Origin: Microbotryum violaceum
Lineage: Eukaryota
NCBI GenBank assembly: GCA_001244265.2
Contig: CDLV01000010.1
Span: 496,001-560,000 of the forward strand
DNA length: 64,000 bases
Reading direction: 5' to 3'
The position numbers and the translations under genes are program-made. How positions within the stretch are numbered: the stretch's first letter is position 1; each line of letters starts with the position of its first letter. The notes beneath the pieces were generated by a model that made no database searches, was not told the DNA's origin, and saw nothing but the letters and a program-made list of their open reading frames with translations. Below, piece by piece: positions 50,001-61,900 of the stretch.

Positions 50001-50509
50001 GATTGAACCTGACGTGCTGCTCGAGAGTGGTACTACTCGATCTTTGGTGGAATCCTGCGAGTACGTGACCCTGGGTATCTGCTCAGCCCGCTTCTTCGCC
50101 CAGTCACTGAAATATGTTGCTCTCGGCTTGAACCTCCTCAGTTGAAGAGCAGGCCTTTGATCGGTGAGTCATGAAATGCTTCAGGGTAGGAACCACATTG
50201 TTGACACGTGGGTGATTTGAATTAGTGCGCATCGTATCGGACAGACGGAAGAGGTTGTCATCTTCAAGATCACTATCAACGAAACAGTAGAAGATCGGTG
50301 AGTGCCTTCGGACGCAAATTCACCCTCAGGAGCTTTAGATCTGACTGTCATCAATTCTTCCCAGGATCCTCACTTTGCAGAAGCAGAAGGCTGAACTGGC
50401 TGCAGCCGCGCTGGACGGAGGAAATCCCGCCAAAGCGGCCAAGCTAAGCATGAAGGACATCTTATTCCTCTTCCGCGGAAGCGGCAAAGGCTCCGGAGAT
50501 AGACGATGA
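47083..50509 (+). CDS. SNF2-family helicase/ATPase (Rad5/Rad16/Ris1-like group), spliced; start approximate
   Basis: GGMLCDGMGLGKT; TLIVCP; RIILDEAHTIKN; RWCLTGTPIQN; MLRRTK; LLRMRQACSHP; KTIVFSQF; GLNLTC..DLWWNP; QAFDRAHRIGQ. Confidence 0.9.
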
Positions 50510-50656
50510 GATAAGACTGGGCGAGGCAGGATCGTGGGCCAGAATCTGTACAAACCCGACGGGCTGTGGTATCTTTATGCAATTGCAAATTCGCATTGTG
50601 TCTTCGTCACACTCAGTACTTCTATCTGACCTCATCACGCCCTCGTTACCGCTTGG

Positions 50657-53600
50657 TCACATGCCTCGTCTCTTTTGAACCGCCGCGAGACACGCTTTGC
50701 GAGCCTGCTCGATCTCTTGGGTCCACAGCAAGCACTGCCTCGCGCTTGATGTACGCACATTGATCGTGTCGCCGCGGTGTGCGACCGCGAAGGTGAGATC
50801 ATCACGACTTTGATCTCGAATGATGCACTCTTCGAGTGCGATGGGCTTACGGAAGGAGTCGAGGTCATTAGCGCAGCGTCGTAGAACGAACCGGCGAATA
50901 CGCTCAACTCACCCAGCGATATACGACCTCGTTTCCTCCGGCTTTCGTCTCGGTGAAGATGAGCAGATCGTTGAAAAGGTACACATTGAGCTTGCGTCCC
51001 GACCTAGCTTTGGTGACGCGATCCTCCTTGAGCAAGCGTCGAAGTCCCATCAATCTCGTCGGGGCGGTCAGGTCAAGTCGGGCCTCGATGCTATGAGAAA
51101 ACTCGATCACGTCGGAGAGGTACACCAGCCTCTCTTCGTTCTCGTGCGCGCGGACGGCTTCGTTGATCACGCCAAGAATTCCTTCCGCGATTTCGAGAGA
51201 TTGGGTAAGCAGAGCTCGGTCCGAATGATCCTGCTCGGTATATCGTAGGATCTAAGGTGGCCACGTGCGTGCGTCAGTCAAACTTCTCAAAATACAAGCG
51301 CCGAGCGCACAGAGGTGCCCGACTAACCTGACGCAGCAGCAAGGGCAAACGTGTGACACGTTGCATCGGCTCCAACAGAAAGTGCTCAAGCTCCAGCCCT
51401 TTGATACGCGACCCCTAGGTTATATGATGTCCGGTCAGTCACAGTTCTTCACAGGTTCATGGAGTCACGATGGCTCACCTCAAGGAACGAGCGAAGCTGC
51501 GGATCGGAACGCTTGAGATCGGCGAGCGTACGTGCCGCATTGGCCTGGTTGACACAGTAGCCGCGATAGCATTCGTAACCTCGTACATGTTTCTTGACGA
51601 TGTCTCCGATCGTGTCGATGTACAATCTTGCCGTCCGTTGGCGGTCCTCCAGCTCGCTTAGGAAGATCTGGGGGAAGCAGCTCAGTGCATTCAGCGCTGA
51701 GCACGCACATGTGGGCCGCAAGAAGAGTACGCACGGTGTCAAACAGAAGAATGTCCTCGATGTTGGCGAAGATGACTTGAAGCGCTTTGGCCGGAATGAC
51801 GGGTTGGAGTCGGTTGAAGAAGACTTCAATCGTGAGTTGCAAGGACTGGACGTAGGCTTGTTCGGTGGTGATGAGCTCGAACATGCTTTCTTGACGCTTG
51901 CGTTCCCTGTAGCACCGGATTATTCGATGGTCTAAGCAGAGTGTCCCGAACCATCTCGGATGGGGGGTTGACTGACCGGTCGGGCATTATCTCCAGTGCT
52001 CCAGAATCAATCATGCTCGCCCAAGTCTGCAAGTGCCGGGGAACGACGCAAGTTGTCAGTTGAGCAGAATGGCCATGGGCCGAGCTGGGAATACACTTAC
52101 AGCACCAAAGTTGGATGGAGTAGCACTCTCTTGTGATTTTGACTGAGCCGAGCCCGTAGCTTCGCCAATGATGGGCCCGCTGATATGCAGTCTCGCGTGA
52201 TCGAGTGCCGCGCTTGAGCTTCCCCTCGGTCTGCTTAGCTTGGCGCGCAAACCACTTGTAGTAGCTTGCCATTGGTCCTTGATCGAGGCACCTGTAGCCA
52301 ACGATGAAGCTACTGTCGAGCTCGATGGGGCCGGAGACGCGGGTGGCGAAGTTGGGTACAGCATCGATCCTGTGGTGGTCGAGGGCGTTGTCGAATCCGA
52401 GACCATCGAGAGTCGATTACTCGTGGTTGTCGGCACGGGCGGGAGTTCGCGCATGACACGTTGGTAAATCTGTGCACGGTAGCATACTTTAGTGATGGAG
52501 AGTTTCAGGTACTTGTGAGGACAACTCGGATGACCTTACATCATACGCATCTTTGACCCTTCCTTCCTGATCCACGTCCTCCTCGGGCGCCGAGTCGGCA
52601 TTGACGCTTTCTTCCGCCAAAATCTCATTGCCCTCACCGCCTCCGGAGACAGACCCGGTTGTAGGTTTGGTAGGAGGTCGTGCAGGTGCTTGACGCCGCT
52701 TTCGACGATCAGCCGATGGCCCTCCTCTCACGAGCAATCCAGCCGCCTCCAAAACGCGCAGCCTCTCCGCCTCGCGTTCTTTCGGATCGCCACCGTCAGG
52801 TGTCTCAATTTCGCTGTCACTGTCATCGGCGACGCGCGATCCTGACACCTTGAATATACGGGAATTTTCGGAAGGCATGGGCAGGCGCTGATCTTTATCA
52901 TGGGGACGAGTCATCGCAGTCTCGAGCCTCGGCGACGCCAGAGCGGAGGCCAGGTGCGCCTCGCTTGTACCTGCAAGCGAGGGCAACAAGGGTAGGAGAT
53001 TCAATGAGATTCATTTTCATCTTCGAAACGCACGAGACGGGAGCCGGATCCGATAGGGAGTGTACAAGCGAGGCGAGAAGGAGATCGGTGACCCTTCGGG
53101 AAGGCAGAGCGAGAAGAGAGGAGCGCCTGCGAACAACATGAATTGGGCTGGGAGGTGCTACTGACCAAGCTCGATGTAGGACGCCGGCACAAGCTTGATC
53201 AAGCCGTTGTTCTCTGCTTGCCACCAACTCGCGTCTGCGGAGTCGACGATCGAAATAATGTCCTTCTCGAGAAATGACATCTCCTCCTCCGAAGCCGCGT
53301 CGTACGCGTAGAGGGCCTTGGCGGATTGAGCTATGAATCGTGCCCATGGCGTCAGCGTCGGAATGCAGTGGCGAGCCTGGTCTCGATCAATCACCACGGT
53401 ACTCACGAGTGAAGGCCTCGACGTAGGACTTGGGCACCCATCCTTGCTCACCCGACGACTCGACAGTTCCGTACAACCAGTCACCGGCCGGATCCTTTGA
53501 AGGGTGAACGTTCAACACCAAGTTCTCCTTGAAGCTGAGGTCGTTGGGCCCTTCGCCTTGGAAAGCGAACAAAGACTTCATACGGTGGGCTGCGCAAAAG

Positions 53601-56600
53601 TGGAAGACCAAGACCATTACTCATTTAAAGTTGGACATCAATACTCGGTAAACGAAACGACGACTTACTCGTAGTCATATCGAACGGTGCCAGAGGATCA
53701 TCCTCATTACTTGCGGCAACGATTGCGGGAAAGGTCGATGATTTGGCTTCCTCGGCAGGTTCTTCGTCCTCGGCGACTGTCGCGATATTCGAAAACGTTT
53801 GAGCGTTTTGCGAGGACCCTTCAACAGCAGCCATGCTACCCAGCCAGGCAATGGATTGCCTGTTCGCGTTGTAGTGCGACTCACCAAAGCTGCCACCGCC
53901 ATTGGCGGCAGGCGCGACCTGGGCAGCTGGGCCCGCGAATGCGGACGAAGGTGACGGTGCTCGATGAGTCCGAACAGGCGGAGAAGGATCATCGATGACG
54001 CTGCCCGTAACTGCAGGCCCACTCTTATCCTTGGTCTCGGTCTTGCGCAATGTCAAGCCGCCTTGAATGGCCCCGAGGAGCGCCGAGCGAGGAGGCGCCT
54101 CCGTTGGCACCACGAAGGCAGGGGCTGCTTTGGGTGTGGGGGACGCAGCGGGCGCAGACGGGGCGGGAGGAGCAGGTGGGGCTGCAGGAGCACCCAGATC
54201 AGGGGACGCAGCCGTGCTACGCGTCGGAGTATTACCCTGTGCCGAAGCCGGACGAGCCGGACCCAAGCCCAAGCCTTGGAAGAGCTTGGCCGCGAGGTTG
54301 GCTTGTGCAGCGCGCAGTCCGCCGATCTCGTCGTCGCTGTCGCTCTCATCCACGTCCTTCTCCTTCGCATCCCAGTCGTCGTCGTCGACCGGTGGCGAGC
54401 GATACTCTGGTTTCACGACCAGGCCGGGCTGGCGAAGGGCAGTTTGAGCGGGAGACACGGGCGCAAGGAGAGGAGCGGAAGGTGCGGGAGGTCCCGCCGG
54501 TGGTGATGACGATGCAAAGAAGGGGTTGGGCTTGCCTGATGGCGATGCCGCCGGGGCCGCGCTCGTTGCGGCTGGCGAAGCACCACCTTGCTGCAATCGA
54601 TAAAAAGGGTTCTTGCTTTCGCTGCTAGGCGACGCACCGACCGCACCGACATCTGACCGCGCCACGGGCGGAGAGAGGAAAGATGAAATGACCGCGGGGG
54701 CAGGATCCGCAGCTCGGGGTGCTGGTGGTGCGGTTTCGTCATCGTCGACTGCAGGTTTGGTTGCCGACGCAGGGGCTGGTGCAGTTCGAAAAGGTGGGGC
54801 AGCGGGTCGAGCTCGAGGCGCTGGAGGCGGAGGGGCGACTTTAGCAATCTTTGGGGCGAACATGGCTTTGCTCCGAGCATAGTTCTCCTCGGCTTCGTGC
54901 GCTTCCTGCTCCAGTTGCTTGATCCGGGCCATGCGTTCCTCCTTTTCTCGCTTAAGCTGCGCTTCCCTGCGGGCCAGCGCGTCCTCCTCGACGTCTAGTT
55001 GCTCATTCGCAGCTTTGGCGATCATGGACTCGGGAGCGGCAGCATTGACCTCTTCCCTGACCTGCTCAACCGCTGCCTCATTCTGACTATTGATCGATTG
55101 CTCGATCGCAATACCTCTCAGCTTTTCGCGTTCAAGCTTGGCTTGCCGCTCGAGCTCCTTCGCCTTGAGGTCCTCATCGGCTTTGGCTGCTTTGGCAGCA
55201 GCCTCGGCCTTGTCCTTCTCGAGTCGATCAGCGACGCTGGTGTCGACAGCGTTTTCACCGCTTGCAGGAGCTGCGACGCCCAACGCCCTCAGTCGTTCCT
55301 GAATGCGAGCCTGCGCTTGAGCTCGGATATGGGCTTGTCGTTCCGTCGGGGTCATGGAGCGCGTGTCGACCGCAGGCGATTTGAGAGCGGCGACTGGCGC
55401 AGGTGGGGGAGGCGGAGGGGTGGCTCGTTCCGAAGCAGGGGCGGGAGGCGGAGGTGGAGGCTCTGTGCGGGCGCGACTGGGTGATGTGATTCCTCGTGAT
55501 GGAGATGTGTAATGATCGTCGTCGCGGTCGCGCGAACGCTTCTCGCGTCCATCTTCATTGTCGTAGGTGCCACGGTTGTAGCCGCGCTCGGGGGACTCGC
55601 GACGGGATGACGACCTCGACTCGTAGGGATCTTTCCGCGTTGAGTATTGGTCACGATCCCCGTAGCGATCCGAGTCGTTGTTGCGGGAGTCGCGCTCGAG
55701 CGCGTACTTGCGCTGATCACGCTTCTTATCACGTTCTTTTTCTTTGATGCGTCGTTCGAGCTCGGGCAGTTCTTCGTACTCGAGTCGCAACAGCTCGCGT
55801 TCGAGCTTGCGTCGCTCGTCCTCTTTGGCGGTGGTGCGTCGACCGCTTCCCAGGTTGTGATCGATGTCGTCTTGGACACGCTGGATGCGACGCTTCATGT
55901 TGCGCAGCTGGTCCTTGAGATCCTCATCCTCGTCGTCTTGGTCCCGAGATCGGTCGAGGGTACTTCGAGTCGTTCGCAAGCGATTCCTGATGTCATCGAG
56001 ATCCGATGATGCCGAATCCGTCTCACTACGACTCCTGATCTGGTCTTGGTTGAGATGGCGAGCACTCGACTTGTACACCGTGCGCGCTTCGTCGTCGTCG
56101 TTGCGGAAGACGGTGGCATCCTTACGGTCGCGACGAGGGGCGGTGTCGTGCAGCGAGCGGGCTTTGGCCATCGATCCACGACCGCCGTCAAAATCCTGAT
56201 TCGTCGAGCGCTGATTGTTGTCGTTTTTAAGTAGGTTGGTGAGGAAGCCCACCGAGTCGTCCAGATCACGAGCGGAGGGAGGTGCCATCTCGGGGGGGAG
56301 CGTCTGGGGGATGGGGTTGCCATTGAGACCTTTTCGAAGGGGGGGGGGGGAGGGGGATAAGCATAGCGTTAGCTCAGATCAGGATGATTGGCACTGGAGT
56401 CCTCGCGAATGAAAACTGACGCCTGTAGATGAGACCCATGGCGACGTGGAATTCGTCGATATTGAGCTTGCCTCGGTCCTGAACATCGGCCAAGTTCCTG
56501 AAGAATCGCGCTGAGGGTCAGCGACCGGAGGGTAATTGGGAGTGTTGTACTGACTTCCATCAGATACTCACCAGATAGACATGAGATCGTTTTGATCCAG

Positions 56601-57575
56601 CCCGGCCTGCCCAAACACCTCCTTGGAGACTCGGCCTTCGATGAAGCCGGTGCCCTGCTGGTCCCAAGCGCGGAAGATTTGATCGTAGCGCTTCTTCTCG
56701 TCCTTGGTCAGCGCCCAGGGAATAGGGACGTCGGCATGACCGGTCTGGGCCTGGTTTCGCTGTTGAAACGTCTGAGCGAGGGACGCGCCATTGTGGCCCG
56801 AATGAGCGAATTGCATCTGGGAGGGGTCGATGAAGGACGTCGGTTGGAGGCTCGGGGCCGGCATGAAGGTCGATAGGAACTGCGACTGCATGCCTCCGCC
56901 CATGCCGGGCATCCCCGTCGGTTGACTCATGAGGGGCTGCTGCTGCTGCGGTGGCGGTGGCTGCTGCTGCTGGAAAGGGTAGCCGGTCGCCATGGGCCGT
57001 TGCTGCATCGGCGCGGGGTAGCCCGTCGGCTGGGGTTGCAGCATCGACGGCGCATACCCTGTCGGCTGCACCTGCATCTGCTGCATCGGTGGACGTTGGC
57101 CTATGAATCCAGTCGGCTGGGGTTGCAGCGAAGTGATGGTTGATGGTGGAGTCGAGTATGATGAGCAGACGGTCACCTGCCGTACGCCCGCACGCACACG
57201 CGGCCACACACGACTGACCTGGAATCCGCCTTGTGGTGCATACCCAGTACGTTGGCCCTAATGAGCATGAAATATATCAATCTGTGTCAGCTGGGTCTGC
57301 ACAGCCGTTCATGGACGAGGTGCGGGGGGACGTCGGCGGGGCCGAGTTGTCGGCTGACGTGACGTGACGTGACGTGCGGCGCAGTGACGACGTCAACCCC
57401 CAGGACCCCAAGCGCCGCCCCCACCGCGGCCACGAGATAGCAAACGAGCGCTCACCTGCAAGGGCTGCTGCTGCATCGGCTGACCCATGTATCCGGTCGG
57501 TTGCGACTGCAGGTACCCAGGCTGCGGTTGCTGGCCCGGGTACCCGCCTGCGTAAGGCTGGTTGAGCCAACTCAT
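50657..57575 (-). CDS. Intersectin-like endocytic adaptor (Cin1 type): QPTG repeats, EH, coiled coil, WH2, two SH3, RhoGEF, PH
   Basis: WALTKDEKKRYDQIFRAWD (EH); RSALLGAIQGGLTLRKTETKDKS (WH2); GEQGWVPKSYV and ALYAYDA..LVPASYIE (SH3); FELITTEQAYVQSL (DH); RRLLKE..YLFNDLLIF (PH). Confidence 0.9.
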
Positions 57576-57696
57576 TCCTCGACCTTGGTTGCTCTGGCGG
57601 ATCGGCGGGGCAGTGGGTGGGAGGGATGAGATCGATGAGACGTGTGCGCGGTGGACAGGCGGTGCGACCAAGCCGACCGCCAAATCTCGCCAAATG

Positions 57697-57731
57697 GCCG
57701 TCGTCTGCCGTCGTCTGCCGTCGTCTGCCGT
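57697..57731. repeat. 10-bp tandem repeat (GCCGTCGTCT)x3.5 upstream of the intersectin ATG
   Basis: Directly visible. Confidence 0.9.
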
Positions 57732-58510
57732 TGTCGCGTTGTTCTCGAGCGCGGCTGGGAAACTCCGAGTCGGCTTTATGAGTCGCACCGATCTCGCTGA
57801 TAGTGCTGCCAGGCAAGAGGCTAACGATAATCCAGCGCCGTTTAGAAGCTTGAACTTGAAGTCTTGCAAGTCATCCACATTTCAGCTGGTAGAAATGCAT
57901 CTTATGTAAAGTGGGTGTCCGCCTACGAATGACCAACTCGTCGAAAATTCGGCGGCCACTGCAGGAACAATCGACCAACATCACATCACAAAATATGCGA
58001 GAGAGGAGAGATAAAGAATATTGACCGTAGATCTGGGGCAAAGAAATCGGTGCTGACTCTGTAGAGGCAGAATCACCTGAAGAAATCAGGACCGTCGCGG
58101 GGCCGGTGCGATGGACAGCGATTTGGTTCGATCGATTCAACTTCAAGCCCGGCCAGCCTTCCAAAGGGGATACACCTCACCACAGTACGCACGGGGTACC
58201 GCATTCAGAGCTAAATGATCAAATTTTACATTACAAAACATCGTTTCCTTAAGTTAAAGGTCTCGGTGGCGGGGTCCGGGAAAAAGAATCAGACTCACAG
58301 AACATACATCGGGAAGCTTCCCGCGGCGCGCGCGCCCCGGCAAACTTCAAACCGCTCTAGCACACGCTACAAAATATTTTCAGGATCTCGCATTGATCTT
58401 CAATCAAAGATGGTAGAACACAGCCCACTCGCTGTTTTTCTTTTCTTTTCTTTTTGTAGCTTGTTGACGATCTTCGCGTGTTTTTGTTTTTGTTTTTTGT
58501 TTTGATTTTT

Positions 58511-58647
58511 ACTGGGGCTCATGAGTTGCAATCCTTCGGGTTGGCTGGGACCGCTACAAAAAGAGCTAGAAGAGTATATGAAGTAACGACGGCAAGCAGT
58601 TGGGTGAAAGTCGAACCCCTGCGCGCAAAGAGCGCTGCGCAGATCAA
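58511..58647 (-). repeat. Second copy of the terminal 137 bp of the LINE at 58919-64000
   Basis: Aligns ungapped to 58935-59071 with 11 mismatches in 137 nt; has its own A-rich tail on the minus strand (58481-58510). Confidence 0.92.
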
Positions 58648-58918
58648 TTTTTTTATTTTTATTTTTCTTTCGTAGAACTTGTTCATCATATTGCCCCCAG
58701 TTCATGTTCCCCCTATCTGGCCTACGGAAAAACTCGATGGAACTCGACGATGATAATACAAACCGCCCGCAAGATGCGAGAAACCGGCCGGTGTCCACCA
58801 ATCCGATACTTGGGATTCAAGTGCCCCAGCCAAGCGGTTGCTCCTCCCCAGGAGACGAATGAGAGAGAGAAGGAGAGAGAGAGAGAAAGAGAAAGAGTAA
58901 CAAAACGATTTACTGCCA

Positions 58919-61900
58919 TTTTATTATTATTTTAACTGGGGCTCATAAACTGCTATCCTTCGGGTTGGCTGGGACCGCTACAAAAAGAGCTAAAGGAGGT
59001 TATAAAGCAACGACGGCAAGCAGTTGGGTGAAAGTCAAACCCCTGCGCGCAAAGAGCGCTGCGCAGATCAAAACCCGCCGAGCACCTAACGCGGACTCCA
59101 ACGGGCGGTGAGTACTGCTGCCGCTTCACGTCCCAAGAGCGGGAGCAAAGATACTCGAAAACCAGGCAAGAGCGCCTAGAGAAAGAAGGGGGAGAGTATA
59201 CAGAAAGTCACAACTGGGGATACGGAGAACCAGGAATACTAAGACAGAGAGGAGGGGAACACACCCGAGGGGCCAAGGGAGGGGGTCGAAGCCGGAGGTA
59301 GAGGTCTCCAGGGACTAACAGGCCGCAGCCAAGCCCCAGCTACTCGTCACCCCGACAGCGCTTGATGTCCTCCCTTGGCTAAATCTCGAGTGCTGGCTGT
59401 TGAGCCGTCGGGGCCGAGAGAAGAGCGATCCAGTACAACGAAACGAGCCTCGCCTTGACGTGAGGATATTGACCAGAAACGAGCGACCTTCCTTCCCGAG
59501 CCATGCCGTAGATCTTGACCAACGCGAACGAACGAACCATTCAACGGAATCCAACACACGGCTTAGGAGTAAAAGGAGAAGTGGCTGAAGCGTAGTCAAC
59601 AACCGAGCAACAGGAACGAGAAGAGGAAGGGAAGGGAAAAAGGGGGGAAAGGAGAGGGAAAAACTTCACAAAGCCTCCAACGCAAAGACAATCGACCTGG
59701 CTTGCCGATCCATCCAAGAACAAAAAACCGCTACTGCGCAAAGTAGAGAGAGAGAGAGAGGTGCGCAGCCTTCCACTGCGCAACAAGTTCCAAGACAGTC
59801 AGCTCACAAAAGAGGAGTCGACCTCCGAAAAAGAAGGGAGGAAAGGAGGGGAGGAAAATGGGAAGGAAGGACTTAACTCGGTCATCACACCTCCCAATCT
59901 CGAGCCCCAGGCACAAAACCCGCTCGAGAGAGAAAATCTCGCTCGAACGCTCTGAGTGCACTGGGGAGCGAGGGAGGGGCCACGACCTTGTCCAGCTCGA
60001 ACCGCTGATGAACGCGCCAGCGGAGCAGGTGCAGCCGCTGGAAGCCGATCGCGCAGGCCAGCCGAACCCACATCCATCTCGAGGTCGTTCTCCCACGACC
60101 CCGCAAAAGGGGGAGCCCCATAGTCAGCTGCTCCGGAGTGAACGTCGACGGATCGACGTCGGTATCCTCGATGCCCAGCTTGTCGAACAGAATGCGAAGC
60201 ACCCCACCCCAGAAGCTGGTCGAGTACGCGCACTCGAAGAAGTAGTGCGACACCGTCTCGATGACCGCTGCATCGTTGCCGCAGAACAGACACGTCGGCG
60301 AAGAGGCATGACCCTGAGTATGCTGCCTCTTGCGCGTCGGCGTCACGTCGTACATGAGCCGCCAGTGGGTGTCCTGCTCCACAGCAGACGCAAACCGGTC
60401 ATGAAGCCATCTCCAGAAGCGCTTCCTATCGCTCTGAGAAGTCCCATCACGGAAACGCTTGACACGATCCTCCCTCCCTGGGAACCGAACCACGTTCACA
60501 AGCCGACGAAGCTTGCGAATAGTGAACGGTCGGGTGAGCCCAAAGAAGTTGAAGCACCGAGGACGGGGAGCCTCCTTGAGAGGTATCCGAGCAGGTCGCA
60601 ACGCGGTCTTGGGCAGCAAGGCTTTCGCCTTGAGCAACTGACCCACGCGCGACCACACGTGCTCGTGCTGTAGGGCGGGTTCCTTAGAGTGCTGCCAGAA
60701 CCCGCGTCGATGACCAACCAGAGCCCAGCCCTTCCCTTCGTCCCTCCAGTACAGGTCCGCGATCTGCGCAAACTTCGCCACTGCGTCCGCATCGTCATAT
60801 GCGTGCTTGGCACCTTCAGCATAGAGTGAAGGGAGGCGAGGCGGAAGCGAGAGCAATTCGGGGAGCGTAAGGAGTTCGGACTTGATGGTTGGAACTGTGA
60901 CCCTGGCAGCTGCAACGACTGCCCCCCAGCGCGTCGAGTCGCGATACAGCTTCTCGACCCGAGCCGTGCTGCTGAAGAACCCCCACGGACTGAAATCGCG
61001 GGTCGCAGCGACGAGGGACCTCCAGCTCTCGCGAGCTAGGGGCGCCCAGATCGCCTCGTTCGAGCCCGCCACAGCATCCCAAAATCGAAGCGCCACCGAA
61101 TGAACGATGTCGCCGATTGAAATCAAGCCCAAGCCACCGTCCTCCCGAGCCTGGAACACGAAATCGCGAGCGACGGTATTTCGCCCTGCTCCTCCCCAAA
61201 CAAATTCCGTAAGTGCTGTCTCCGCCGCCTTAATGAACCATTGAGGCGGTATGTCGAAGGACAGCACGTGGAGGACCGTCGAGATGATGTGAGCGTTGGC
61301 ATAGAAGACCTTCCCACTCGGCGAAAGTGTCCGGTCTCCAGCGGCGCGGGTCTTGGCCTTGATCCTGTCAAGAACATGGGTCCAAAACAGTTTCGAGTCA
61401 CCGTGGCGAAAGAAGGCATAGCCGCACCACTTGAAGCTCTCCCCCTCCTGCACCGTTGGCAGCGCCTGCGCAGTCTCGTCCCGAAGCCAGTTCGGTCCGA
61501 GTGGTAGCACCAGCGTCTTGTCCGTGTTGGTCTTCCCGTTGGTTGCCTCGTACCACGTCTGCGACAGCGTTTCCAGCTTCGACAATGCCGCTGGTGACTC
61601 CACCACCACCACAGCATCGTCGGCAAACGCCAGATGCGTAAGCTGCGCACGCGGCCCCCTGGCCACACCTTCTGCAGGTCGAGCGCGATCCCGCGCCGAA
61701 CGAGGGCGTCGAGGAAGGGCTGGAACGTGATGTTCCAAACCGGGCACGAGAGGGGATCCCCTGACCGAGACCACACAGCAACCGCACCAACTCCGTGGGG
61801 AACCCATTGATGAGGTAGCGCACCCCCAGAGTCTCGGGATCGTACAGAGCGCGCAGCAGGGAAATGAAACACTCACCAAAGCCAAAGGCCTCGAAGACGT

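Noticed and set aside
56339..56356. Poly-G runs here and at 26422-26435 as functional G-quadruplexes
   Set aside because: Simple intronic homopolymers with no further support.
58511..59071. Self-cleaving ribozyme (hammerhead, twister or HDV-like) in the 137-bp repeat
   Set aside because: CTCATGAG is not the CUGANGA core and is not conserved in copy 2; GGTCCCAGCC resembles the twister loop but the UAA and GAGGG partners are missing; no HDV P3/P1.1 topology found by eye.
58435..59071. CRISPR-like repeat-spacer array
   Set aside because: Only two long repeats with A-rich tails in a eukaryotic genome; explained by retroelement ends.
59799..60673. Overlapping and antisense ORFs in LINE ORF2, and similar shadow ORFs across the window
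   Set aside because: Expected in GC-rich coding DNA; no independent motifs.
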